A DNA stretch of 64,000 bases, from NCBI GenBank assembly GCA_041736805.1, contig JBGSSW010000016.1, positions 66,526-130,525 of the forward strand, read 5' to 3'. Position 1 is the first letter of the stretch; every line of letters starts with the position of its first letter. This document shows, one piece after another, positions 17,455 to 26,980 of this stretch. The stretch comes from Minisyncoccia bacterium (GTDB lineage Bacteria; Patescibacteriota; Minisyncoccia; Phycocordibacterales; UBA918). The translations under genes and the position numbers were made by a program. The notes under the pieces were generated by a model. It did not search any database, was not told the origin of the DNA, and saw only the letters and a program-made list of their open reading frames with translations.

Positions 17455-18536
17455 ATGAGTGAGTTCTCAGAGCAGCAAAGTAGCGGTTTTCAAGCTGGTT
17501 GGCTTGACGGGAAATTGTATGACTCGATTTTTATTTTTGGTGTCGCTTTAACGGCTTTGGCTTCAGGCGCCATAGTGCTTTATAGACCTGATTTATTTTA
17601 TCCAGTTCTGTTGGCCGATATTTGGTTGCTTGGTTACCATCATGTGATAGCAACTTTTACTAAGTTAGGTGGAACAAAAGAGGACCGTGAAGAAAACGCA
17701 TTTTTAATTTATTACTTACCTATAATTGTCCTAGCGGCCGTTTTTGCCCTTTATTTTAGCTTAGGTATTTGGTCAATTGTGACGGTGTACTTTTTTTGGC
17801 AATGGTTTCATTACACTAGGCAAGCTTACGGGATTAGTGTTTTTTATCGAAGAAAAATTAAAAATGTCTTTACTGAAAATAAATGGTTAACTATACTTTC
17901 AGTTTGGTCCATTCCGGCTTGGGGTTTGCTTCATCGCGGTTCCCAAGGTTGGGATGAATTTCTATCGCTACCGGTTTTTATACCCCTTGTACCTAAATCT
18001 ATCGTTTTACTGGCTGCCGGAGTAGCTATATTCAGTATTGCTTGGTGGCTTTGGAATTGTTTTTTAAATTTTAAAAAAGGCACCTTGTCCCTCGCTTATA
18101 TGTATTTCATGTTTTCGCACATGATTATTTTTTTGTGGGATATGTCCTAATTAAAGACATTAACAGCGGTTGGCTGGTGGCCAATGTTTGGCACAATGCC
18201 CAGTACATTTTGTTTGTCTGGCTTTATAACACTAATCGTTTTAAGAACGATGCTGTTGATGGCACAGCAAAGGTTTCAGTTATGAGTTGGTTGTCACAGC
18301 GAAAACCAATTAGGGTTTTGTCATATTTTATCTTTACTCTTATTATGACAACCATCTTTTATCAATCTATAACAGAAGGTTTTAAGCTGATTGCAGGGAC
18401 CAACCTTATCTTACTCTCCTCTCTATATATTGTTGGTTATCAGACGGTCAATTTTCATCACTATATAGTTGATAGTTTGATTTGGAAAGCTAAAAATAAG
18501 AAGAATCAAAAGGCCCTCAATGTAGCGGTTGAATGA
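17455..18536 (+). pseudogene. Multi-TM His-motif membrane protein split by a frameshift in a T7 tract
   Basis: ORFs 17455-18150 and 18135-18536 fuse in frame if one T is added to the T7 at 18128-18134 (..MIIFF-VGYV..). Motifs GYHHV, WFHYTRQAYG, WHNAQY, FHHYIVD belong to one family. Confidence 0.75.
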
Positions 18537-20248
18537 AATATATGAGTTTTGTTGCGGAGTCTAAGGAATTTATAAAACTCAATTGGCCTTATATATTTGT
18601 AGGGCTGACTTCGACCATTATGCTGGTAAGCTTTTTTGATGTGTATTTAATGTGGTTTGCTGATGAAGGTGTTTTTGGCCACCTGGCCGAAAGAGTTTTG
18701 CAAGGTGATATATATGGAGTAGACGTTTATGATTTTCATGGCGGATACCAAACTTTCCTCAACGCTTGGTTATTTCAAAATTTTGGTATTGATTTAGTTG
18801 TTCTGAGATATCCGATGGTGATTTTAGGAGTAATTCAAGCACTATTAGTCACTTATTTACTCAGAAATATTTCTCCCGGTATTGCGGCAGCTGGTGGTAT
18901 GTCAAGTGTAGTATTTGGTTTTTTACTATTTCCAAATCCATCGCCAAACTGGTATGCACTTTTTTTTGCCGTCCTAACAATCACAATTCTTAGCACAAAT
19001 AAGATTAACCGTTTACATATATTGACGACCGGTTTCATCATTGGATTATGTTTCATGTTTCGTCACCCCAGTGCTGTTTATTTGACGCTAGGCGTTTTAA
19101 CTTATTTATTATATAGACTTAGAACTAATGAAGTTTCCTTTTGTAATAAATACTTAACTCAAGGTTTTTTACTTATTTTAGGTATAGCGGTCATAACATA
19201 CAGCTATTTAGTTTTTGAACCCTTAGCTTTTGCCCTGTTTGCATTACCACCACTAGTAATTATAGTTCTAATTTTTAGATTACAATTCTTTAATTTTCAA
19301 GCCTGGCTAAAGCAAGTAACGCTGCTCTTTTTGGGATTTTCTACCGCTATTACCCCAATGGTCGTGTACCAAATTTTATATGGCAGTACCTTGTCTTGGT
19401 TTTATACTGCTTTTGTATCCGGTACCCAGATGATAAAAAAAGATTTTTTTAATGACTATACATATATACAACAGATAGTGGCTTATATAAGTTCAGCCTT
19501 AAACAACTACTCAATTAATATCTTTATCCTCGAAACCTTCTTTTGGTTGGTTGTTATGCTGACTCCAATTACAGCTCTGCTTCTAACATTTAAAAATTTT
19601 AATCAAAGTATAGATAAGCCCCTTCATCCGGTTTTGTTCATTGCTCCATTCTTTGGCCTTGTCTCATTTCACTTTCAGATAACTTTTTACTTTTTTATTA
19701 GCTTTATTATATTTTTAATTGCCATTCTGGTTCAGTTACCAAAACAAAGTAACCTGACAAAGATTGCCCTCTACACGCTTATCTTTATAAATATTTGGGG
19801 CTCGATAAGCCCGATGCATGGATTTGTCTTTGCGACTCGCCAGAACGAAAGGCTAATCGAGTCTTCTATCCCTAAAGCAAATTTACTAGTTAAAGAAAAC
19901 ATAGAATACCAGTCTCATAAGCAATTAATTGATTATATTAAAATTAATTCTGACCCTAAAGATAACATATATGTATTACCCATGAATCCTGAAATATATT
20001 TCCTATCATCGAGGAATAACCCCTTCCCTTTTATCATGAGTGGTTTTTCAATATATGACGATAAGACATACGATGGATTCCTAAGTAAAATATTTGAAAT
20101 AAAACCTAAATTTATTATCTTTAATCAAGAAGATAAATACGCCACCGAATATGATTTTAAGTTTTATGCCCTGATAAAGGAAAACCCTAACTATGAGTAC
20201 GTAAATAGTTTTGGTGACTTTCAAATTTTTCTACTGTCACCTGAATAA
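18533..20248 (+). CDS. GT-C fold membrane glycosyltransferase (ArnT/PMT-like)
   Basis: ADEG motif after TM1, about 12 TMs, C-terminal extracytoplasmic domain (IYVLPMNPEIYFLS..KPKFII). Confidence 0.75.
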   Translation: MKYMSFVAESKEFIKLNWPYIFVGLTSTIMLVSFFDVYLMWFADEGVFGHLAERVLQGDIYGVDVYDFHGGYQTFLNAWLFQNFGIDLVVLRYPMVILGVIQALLVTYLLRNISPGIAAAGGMSSVVFGFLLFPNPSPNWYALFFAVLTITILSTNKINRLHILTTGFIIGLCFMFRHPSAVYLTLGVLTYLLYRLRTNEVSFCNKYLTQGFLLILGIAVITYSYLVFEPLAFALFALPPLVIIVLIFRLQFFNFQAWLKQVTLLFLGFSTAITPMVVYQILYGSTLSWFYTAFVSGTQMIKKDFFNDYTYIQQIVAYISSALNNYSINIFILETFFWLVVMLTPITALLLTFKNFNQSIDKPLHPVLFIAPFFGLVSFHFQITFYFFISFIIFLIAILVQLPKQSNLTKIALYTLIFINIWGSISPMHGFVFATRQNERLIESSIPKANLLVKENIEYQSHKQLIDYIKINSDPKDNIYVLPMNPEIYFLSSRNNPFPFIMSGFSIYDDKTYDGFLSKIFEIKPKFIIFNQEDKYATEYDFKFYALIKENPNYEYVNSFGDFQIFLLSPE

Positions 20249-20352
20249 AAAGTAATAGTTAAGTTGTCTCTAATTAAAATAGCTATATTATGTTGCAAGA
20301 GTCAATTCTATAAGTGAACGGGTTAATATTTTAACTCTGCTATAATCAAGTC

Positions 20353-20748
20353 ATGGAAACATACAACTGGTATCAAACCCTGATCAAGCCGGGATGGGCT
20401 CCGCCGTCTTGGTTATTCGGCCCTGTTTGGAGCGTGTTATATCTCATCATCGCTGCCTCGTTTGGCTACGTCATTTATTTGTATTTTAAAGGTTTAATTC
20501 CCTTTCAAGTCTTGTTACCCTTTATTTTAAACCTAGTCTTCAACTTTGCTTTCACGCCATTACAATTTGGCTTGCAAAATAATCTACTAGCGGCTATTGA
20601 TATTATCCTGGTCTTGATTACTTTAATTTGGGCACTATATGCTATTTATAATTATGTTCCTTGGGTGACCTATATCAATATTCCCTACTTGCTCTGGGTT
20701 TCATTTGCAACCGTATTGCAAATAACAATTACTTACTTAAATTTTTAG
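20353..20748 (+). CDS. tspO: TspO/MBR tryptophan-rich sensory protein
   Basis: WYQTLIKPGWAPPSWLFGPVWSVLY..PYLLWVSFA; extended -10 TGCTATAAT just upstream. Confidence 0.92.
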   Translation: METYNWYQTLIKPGWAPPSWLFGPVWSVLYLIIAASFGYVIYLYFKGLIPFQVLLPFILNLVFNFAFTPLQFGLQNNLLAAIDIILVLITLIWALYAIYNYVPWVTYINIPYLLWVSFATVLQITITYLNF

Positions 20749-20749
20749 T

Positions 20750-21157
20750 ATGACAATGATTCAATACATCTACCTATACCTCCTTACCATCCCCGTTTTT
20801 TTTATCATTGATATGACTTGGCTTGGTTTTGTTGCCAAAGATTTTTATCAAGAGAAGTTGGTTGATTTCCTCGGACCGGTCAATTGGCCGGCAGCAATAA
20901 TTTTCTATCTAGTCTTTATTGTCGGAGTTATCATCTTTGCGGTTGTTCCTGCCCTTGAATCACATTCCCTAACTAAAGCCATTGTCCTAGGAGCTCTTTT
21001 TGGTTTTTTTACCTACGCCACCTACGACCTCACCAACCTAGCTACCCTAAAAGACTGGCCGCTGATGGTCGTGTTTGTTGATATTCTCTGGGGAGCCGTC
21101 CTCTCTTGTAGTGTTGCTACTTTAAGCTATTTGATTGGTAAATCTTTGTTTATCTAG
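20750..21157 (+). CDS. DUF2177-family membrane protein
   Basis: IDMTWL..YATYDLTNLATLKDWP..DILWG. Confidence 0.85.
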   Translation: MTMIQYIYLYLLTIPVFFIIDMTWLGFVAKDFYQEKLVDFLGPVNWPAAIIFYLVFIVGVIIFAVVPALESHSLTKAIVLGALFGFFTYATYDLTNLATLKDWPLMVVFVDILWGAVLSCSVATLSYLIGKSLFI

Positions 21158-21211
21158 ACGCCTATTTTCAAATAGTACATTTCGTACTATAAACAATAGA
21201 TAACGAAATGT

Positions 21212-21817
21212 ATGGCCACAATAAAAAAGACGAGGGTTATCCCTCTTTCTGCGGTAAACAAACACATAGACGAAATAGTGAAAACTTTCAAACAAGGAGG
21301 GGTGGTTTTGTACCCAACAGATACTCAGTACGGCTTAGGAGTGATAGCCAGAAATAGACAGGCGGTTGAAAAGGTTAATGCTATTAAACACGCGAATGTA
21401 AATAAAGCCGTCTCAATTATAGTGTCAAGTATAAAAGAGGCTGAAAAGTATGTGCACGTAAATGAACGTGCGAAGAAAATAATGGAGAAACATCTACCCG
21501 GAGCACTGACAGTGATTTTGCCAGCCAAAGACATTGAGCTAGCTAAAAGCAGAGGTGATGAAAAAGAAATTGGAGTAAGAATTCCTGCTCAGGATGACGT
21601 ACTAAAAATTGTCCAGACTTTGGGAGAACCAATTACTGCCACCAGTGCCAACCTACACGGACAGATTCCTTACACCAACTGTCAGGATATTTTAGATTCC
21701 TTATCAGGAATTGATTTAGCCATTGACGGAGGAACCCTCGATGGAGAAGCTTCTACTATCATTAGATTTATCAGGGATGATTTTGAAATAATAAGAGTCG
21801 GAAGTATCAAGCCCTAA
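21212..21817 (+). CDS. tsaC: L-threonylcarbamoyladenylate synthase (Sua5/YrdC)
   Basis: YPTDTQYGL, PGALTVIL, IGVRIP, TATSANLHG, ASTII. Confidence 0.9.
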   Translation: MATIKKTRVIPLSAVNKHIDEIVKTFKQGGVVLYPTDTQYGLGVIARNRQAVEKVNAIKHANVNKAVSIIVSSIKEAEKYVHVNERAKKIMEKHLPGALTVILPAKDIELAKSRGDEKEIGVRIPAQDDVLKIVQTLGEPITATSANLHGQIPYTNCQDILDSLSGIDLAIDGGTLDGEASTIIRFIRDDFEIIRVGSIKP

Positions 21818-21929
21818 CTTCGATCTTTTAAAATTAGGTTGCTTTAAAAGTAACAAATTGACTTCTCTGTTTTTTAGCTGTTTAATAACTTACAGACTCA
21901 GTTAACCTTATGACTTGAAGGGATTTGTC

Positions 21930-22409
21930 ATGGGCCTTTCGAATTTTTTCGAAATTGACCAAGAGCGTCTTGGTCAAAAAATAAAAGTTGCTCTTATTTG
22001 TACAATTTGCGCATTGCTTCCTTACTATGCAGCAGTGTTCACAATAGATTACCCTCACACGAAGTGGGTACGCAACGATTATTACTATTACGAATGTATG
22101 TTTAGACTAGTATTAGGTGAAGAAGCGCTTTATCGGCTTCTGCCCTTAATGCTGGTTATTGAAATCTTTGGCGTACGATGGTGGGTTATTTTTATTACTA
22201 TCCTATCCACTAGCACATACTTCGCACTCATCCACAACGGGTATAGTAGTCTACTCGCCATTGGACCTGCAGCCGTTCTATTTTCAATCGCATTTCTGAG
22301 CTTCGGAGGGTTGAATAAGAAATATCTCCAAGCCTTCATCTGGTGCAGTCTAATTCACACGGCCATGAATTTAATCGTATTTGTCTTTGTTCCTATTGTG
22401 TTCTACTGA
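21930..22409 (+). CDS. CPBP (CAAX/Abi) intramembrane metalloprotease
   Basis: EEALYR, FALIH, HTAMN motifs. Confidence 0.75.
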   Translation: MGLSNFFEIDQERLGQKIKVALICTICALLPYYAAVFTIDYPHTKWVRNDYYYYECMFRLVLGEEALYRLLPLMLVIEIFGVRWWVIFITILSTSTYFALIHNGYSSLLAIGPAAVLFSIAFLSFGGLNKKYLQAFIWCSLIHTAMNLIVFVFVPIVFY

Positions 22410-22493
22410 TTAAGCGCCTTGCTTATTCCGTGAGCAGAAATAAGTGTGGGCCGTAGCAATTGTGATTGCTACGGCCCCTTGTCCCTTTGATGC

Positions 22494-22697
22494 TCACACC
22501 TTCTCAAACATGCTCGCGTCATAAACGCCTTCCTGCCCAACAAACTTCAATTGCCCTTCATGAGAATGGACAGTGAAAATAGGATTGTTCTGTTTTTTCC
22601 TTATTCCGGCATCTATGTAGCGTAAACGATCACCAGGTTTAAATCTGGTAGGGTGAGTGAAATTGAACCTATCTGAAAAAAGCCGATTGTGGTGCAT
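22494..22697 (-). CDS. Small hypothetical protein
   Basis: SD GGAGGTG upstream; FKPGDRLRY SH3-like start; strong hairpin at 22448-22477 downstream. Confidence 0.65.
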   Translation of the reverse strand: MHHNRLFSDRFNFTHPTRFKPGDRLRYIDAGIRKKQNNPIFTVHSHEGQLKFVGQEGVYDASMFEKV

Positions 22698-22792
22698 CTT
22701 ACACCTCCCTTCTTACTCTACCTTAGCAGATTTTGCAGAAAAAGATACCCGACATAATTCAGTTTTATTTAAATAGATTGTATACTCATAAT

Positions 22793-23296
22793 ATGAAAAA
22801 AGTCGTAGTTAATGACAAAATGCAAAATGAGTATACCTATACCAGAACCGAGCCCATTGGTAAAAATTTTCATTCTGATTTTAAACCACACTTAACCCCT
22901 CCTGCAATGTTAAAATTAGGAATTTTTGGTGGCCTATACTTTGGTGACAAGCCTAAGGAATTTCCCCGAGAATGGTTCACTAAAGCCAAACTTTCACCTG
23001 ACGGAAAAAAGCATAAGGAACTTAACTATTACGAAGTAAATGCCAGTCAGCCATTGTCTATCTGGAAAGCTAAAGGTTGGATACACCAAGACGACCCTCG
23101 TGGTTGGTTTCAGTGGTATTGTCGTTATTACCTTGGTCGACGCCACAATGATGACGAAAGGCAAATCAAGCGCTGGAAAGCGATTGTTAGACACGCTTCA
23201 CAAATTGTCCATAATTGCCGTAGTGGAGACCAGAATTGTAGACGCCGCCAACGCCAAGCCATTTTGCATTGGGCCTACGACCCGAGGAAACTTTAG
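22793..23296 (+). CDS. Conserved hypothetical protein (GWFQWYCRYYLGRR family)
   Basis: Recognisable conserved motifs (LTPxxMLxLGIFGGxY, DPRGWFQWYCRY, RQAILHWAYD); function unknown. Confidence 0.8.
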   Translation: MKKVVVNDKMQNEYTYTRTEPIGKNFHSDFKPHLTPPAMLKLGIFGGLYFGDKPKEFPREWFTKAKLSPDGKKHKELNYYEVNASQPLSIWKAKGWIHQDDPRGWFQWYCRYYLGRRHNDDERQIKRWKAIVRHASQIVHNCRSGDQNCRRRQRQAILHWAYDPRKL

Positions 23297-23432
23297 TGGA
23301 ATAATCCTTTTAATCAAAAAATCCTAAGGTTATTAATTTGAGACAGATAATAACTGTGTTATAACAAAAAAGGCAAGAAAGAATTTAATTTGGAAATTGT
23401 CTCATCCTATAACCTACCCAAAGGACTTACCG

Positions 23433-24017
23433 ATGAAACTGCTCATTATTTTGATTTTCAATTCTGTTCTTTTCAGTGAGGTCGTTGCAGCTGGAAAACT
23501 TAAGGGTTCCCTAGAAGCTCAAAAACGTCAAAATCTTCAGGCTGATGTGGAAGGTCTAGAGCGTTTGTCAGAAACACAACTTGATGAGTACAAAAGATTA
23601 AAAAAACTTATTCCTCTAAGCGAAATCCCTGACATAGCCATTGACAGCCGTTTACCAGAAAAGTATCGCTGGTGTCTGCCTCAGACAAACATTTTCTTAG
23701 TTAACTTGGTAAGTGACTTTAAGAAAAAGTTTGGCCGGACCATCAAAGTCAATTCAGCTGTCAGGACATTCGAGTTCCAAACCGAGTCAACATCTGTAAA
23801 CAAGAATGCGGCTCCAGCTGAACTTGGCCCCAGGCAATCATCCCACCTAACGGGAGCCACGGTTGATATAGGCAAGTTTGGTCTGAGTGAAGATGAACTA
23901 CGGTGGTTGAGAAAGTACTTTATTGACCTTGAAGAAAAAGGTCTTATTGAAGCAACTGAAGAACATTTTCAGTCCGTCTTTCACATCATGGTCTTCAGAC
24001 AATATGCTGAAAACTAA
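23433..24017 (+). CDS. DUF5715 / M15-like secreted Zn peptidase
   Basis: Signal peptide; NSAVRT, SSHLTGATVDI, EEHFQSVFHIMV. Confidence 0.75.
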   Translation: MKLLIILIFNSVLFSEVVAAGKLKGSLEAQKRQNLQADVEGLERLSETQLDEYKRLKKLIPLSEIPDIAIDSRLPEKYRWCLPQTNIFLVNLVSDFKKKFGRTIKVNSAVRTFEFQTESTSVNKNAAPAELGPRQSSHLTGATVDIGKFGLSEDELRWLRKYFIDLEEKGLIEATEEHFQSVFHIMVFRQYAEN

Positions 24018-24158
24018 AAACTGCGATTTTCGCAAAACCCCAGCTTTGTGTGCTGGGGTTTTACATACCTTCATAGAGTGTTTTATACCAAGAAATGATT
24101 GCGCTACTGGCAATAGAATAATACACTTTAAGTGTACTTTTGTTCTTTGGAGGTTGCT

Positions 24159-24638
24159 ATGCAAACTATTTTTGAAGAAGAGGGTTTTCCCTTAGACTTG
24201 AAAGCTACCTATCTAGCAATGATTCTCGGTAGTGTTGGCTCAAACCAGTATCGTAAACTTTTTGTCCAAACACCTTCGCGTACTTTGGATGTAATAGAGG
24301 ATGGTGATTTGGCTTGCGCCTACTTTGCCTCTTCGGTTTTGACACTGTGTGGAATGACAATCGGTGGAGTACACACCACAGTTAGTGCAACCATAGCTGA
24401 CTTAAAAACCTCAGGCTGGTCAACGGTTCGCCGGTTAAAAATCGGTGCGGTCATAATTTGGCGACCAAAATTATGTACGGATAACCTTTACCATAAACAC
24501 ATAGGTTTTTATATTGGGAAAGGCAAAGCCATAAGTACTAACCCGATTAAGAAAACCCCAGTCCTTCACAGCACCACCTACGATGGTACTCGTGAAATAG
24601 AAAGCGTCTATTTTCATGAAAAGCTCAAGGCCACTTAA
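24159..24638 (+). CDS. NlpC/P60-like (Cys-His) hydrolase
   Basis: LACAYFASSVL and KHIGFYIG; SD GGAGG. Confidence 0.65.
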   Translation: MQTIFEEEGFPLDLKATYLAMILGSVGSNQYRKLFVQTPSRTLDVIEDGDLACAYFASSVLTLCGMTIGGVHTTVSATIADLKTSGWSTVRRLKIGAVIIWRPKLCTDNLYHKHIGFYIGKGKAISTNPIKKTPVLHSTTYDGTREIESVYFHEKLKAT

Positions 24639-24775
24639 CCCCGCCACAGAAATTCCGTCTGGGCGGAGTTTCTGTCTAATTTTTATAACTGTTTAATTTT
24701 AGGAAAAATCGTGCTAGCCTAAAATCAGCTCCAAATTTATTTTGGTTTATCTGTTCTCTTAAATAAGTGAGGTCA

Positions 24776-25051
24776 ATGATGGTCGCAAAATTCTTACTGG
24801 CTTTGCTGACAGCAATAACACTCGGTTGCGCAACGACAGACAGTACTGATACCAGAATGTTTCAAGCACTCAAGAATGAGTCACGTCTTCTCAGTAAAGG
24901 TACTTGTACGATAAGATATAAAGGGTACTTCTGTGAAAGAATTGCGATGAAGGACCAGCAATACCTCCTCGTTTACAAGGATAAAGAACCCTATCTAATT
25001 ATCCGTCGCGTCGACGGAACAGTGATCTGGGTGGCGGGTAAAAAAACCTGA
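24776..25051 (+). CDS. Small lipoprotein
   Basis: Signal peptide with lipobox TLGC; terminator-like hairpin at ~25075-25108. Confidence 0.7.
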   Translation: MMVAKFLLALLTAITLGCATTDSTDTRMFQALKNESRLLSKGTCTIRYKGYFCERIAMKDQQYLLVYKDKEPYLIIRRVDGTVIWVAGKKT

Positions 25052-25195
25052 GTACTAGGCCAAACCAATACACAAATGGCTCCCTAAAATTTTTTGGGAG
25101 CCATTTTTCGCAATTTGGGGCATTAAACATAAATCATTTCCTAGTTTATTTATCTATGTTAGGCTAATGACCTTATAGTTCTTTAGGAGAAAATC

Positions 25196-25543
25196 ATGGT
25201 TGTAGAAGTCACCGGCACGAAAGACTATTTTTATGTCGAACCGCTTAGTAGACATACCGACGAACAAATCAGCCATTTTCTAAATGAACTTGGTGATGCT
25301 GCTTTCACAGTGGAGAAGAGGAATATCAAGGTCGGCGACAAGAAAGTTCTCGGCGTCTACGAAGTCCCACACGCTGTGCTGACCAAAATCTCACAGACTG
25401 AACACCGCTACAAAGTACGAATGTACGTTCAGAAAGGGGAAGGTGAAGTTCGTATATACGAACATTTCTCAAAGCGCCTGAGAAGAGTCGCTCGGTCAAA
25501 ATCCGTCAAGACAGCTGCTCGAGTCATCAAAAATATCGAGTGA
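25196..25543 (+). CDS. Hypothetical protein
   Basis: SD AGGAG and a downstream hairpin. Confidence 0.7.
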   Translation: MVVEVTGTKDYFYVEPLSRHTDEQISHFLNELGDAAFTVEKRNIKVGDKKVLGVYEVPHAVLTKISQTEHRYKVRMYVQKGEGEVRIYEHFSKRLRRVARSKSVKTAARVIKNIE

Positions 25544-25622
25544 CTCTTTTCGAGCCTATCCTACCCAATTCCGGCCACCTCTCAAGGGTGGCCTTTGCTT
25601 TCTAGATATAAAACTCATTAAA

Positions 25623-25779
25623 TTAAGGTCTTATGATTTCACCAATTTTATCTTCTAGATCATAAAAACCTTTTGCTCTTACCTTTCTTGGTCTGGCCAA
25701 CTTATTGATAATAATTTTTTAATCGTCGCTGGACGTGGTGTAACGATAGCTATTCTATCTGCTAATTCTATGGCTAATA
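25623..25779 (-). pseudogene. Remnant of a TauB/SsuB-type ABC ATPase C-terminus
   Basis: Manual translation gives AIELADRIAIVTPRPATIKK, then after a frameshift NKLARPRKVRAKGFYDLEDKIGEIIRP*; no N-terminal part. Confidence 0.65.
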
Positions 25780-25808
25780 AAATTCTTGGTATTTATTCTA
25801 AAACTAGA

Positions 25809-26006
25809 CTAAGGGCTATACATACTAGAAAAACTACTAATTACCGAAGGAATAATCAGGGCGCCAGCCAAAAGTGGTAAGACAATCATTGCAATTGATG
25901 ACCACATTATTATCAATAAATATTTCCGAGTTTTTTCTACTGAAACGTATATTTCTTCTAACTTTGCTTCTTGAACGTCTAAACGCTCTTTAATTATTTC
26001 ATCCAT
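25809..26006 (-). CDS. Small coiled-coil + TM protein
   Basis: MDEIIKERLDVQEAKLEEIYVSVEKTRKY followed by a TM segment. Confidence 0.75.
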   Translation of the reverse strand: MDEIIKERLDVQEAKLEEIYVSVEKTRKYLLIIMWSSIAMIVLPLLAGALIIPSVISSFSSMYSP

Positions 26007-26242
26007 ATTCTTTATATTATACACCCAGAGCGAACTAAAAACCCAACTAAAGAAGGTTTTAGTTTTCTAATTATTTTATCAACCATAAGTCTAAATATTA
26101 TCCTTTAAAGCCCAGTTGCCAACTAATTATAATTTAGACTCAAATTTATTACCTATAATTTTTTTATTGTTGACAATTGTGATTGATGATGATTTCATCA
26201 AAGTAGAAATGGTTCTTAACTCAACCCCCTAAGGAAAGCAAA

Positions 26243-26602
26243 ATGTCCGAAAAAAGCGTTCCTGGTTCTTCAATTGATGAGCAGATGTTAAATCTACAAG
26301 CTGGTGACGTAATCACTAATTTATCTGGCCTATACGGCGCTACTACAGACTGGGTCAATGTCTTGGCGACAATAAACACTTGGCTGATTTTGTCTAAACG
26401 TAGTAAACAAGGTGAACTGAGCTACGACACAGACCTTACAGGCCCTTATCGTTGGGATTCCAAAGCTATGGCTTTAATAGATTGGAAAGGTTTAATTCAA
26501 CATCCACACATCGGACACCTTTCCTTGGTCCTAAAAGGAGTTAGTTTGCAAAACAAAGGAAAAAAACGAGTTGAAAAAATAAAGCTGTGCTGCGTGAAGT
26601 AA
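26243..26602 (+). CDS. Hypothetical protein
   Basis: SD AAGGA, GTTCTTAAC leader motif, downstream hairpin. Confidence 0.6.
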   Translation: MSEKSVPGSSIDEQMLNLQAGDVITNLSGLYGATTDWVNVLATINTWLILSKRSKQGELSYDTDLTGPYRWDSKAMALIDWKGLIQHPHIGHLSLVLKGVSLQNKGKKRVEKIKLCCVK

Positions 26603-26685
26603 CAACAACTTTCTTTCCAAGCCACAAAACTCGTTGCCTGCGATGGTGCGAGTTTTCTTTTAGTTAAGCTATTAGGGTAACAGAT

Positions 26686-26910
26686 TTAGTCGTCTTCTAA
26701 ATAGTGAGCGAACTCCTCAAACGCTTCGGTTACTATTTCAGCTTCTTTTTTGTCAATCAAAGACTTTGATAATTTCAATAATACTTGGGCAATCTCTACC
26801 CCACTATAACCTTTTGCTTGTAACTTTTTGGCCACAATAAGAACTTCATTATCAAAATCATTATTGGTTTTGAGTGCTTTATCAAACATTTTTTCAAATG
26901 GGTGAGCCAT
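26686..26910 (-). CDS. Hypothetical protein
   Basis: MAHPFEKMF.. start at 26910; the longer ORF call runs through a terminator hairpin (26931-26965). Confidence 0.7.
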   Translation of the reverse strand: MAHPFEKMFDKALKTNNDFDNEVLIVAKKLQAKGYSGVEIAQVLLKLSKSLIDKKEAEIVTEAFEEFAHYLEDD

Positions 26911-26980
26911 AATTGTTTGCGAGTATAGCACAAATACCGACACACGAAGTGTGTCGGTATTTGTTCCACACAATTGGTAT

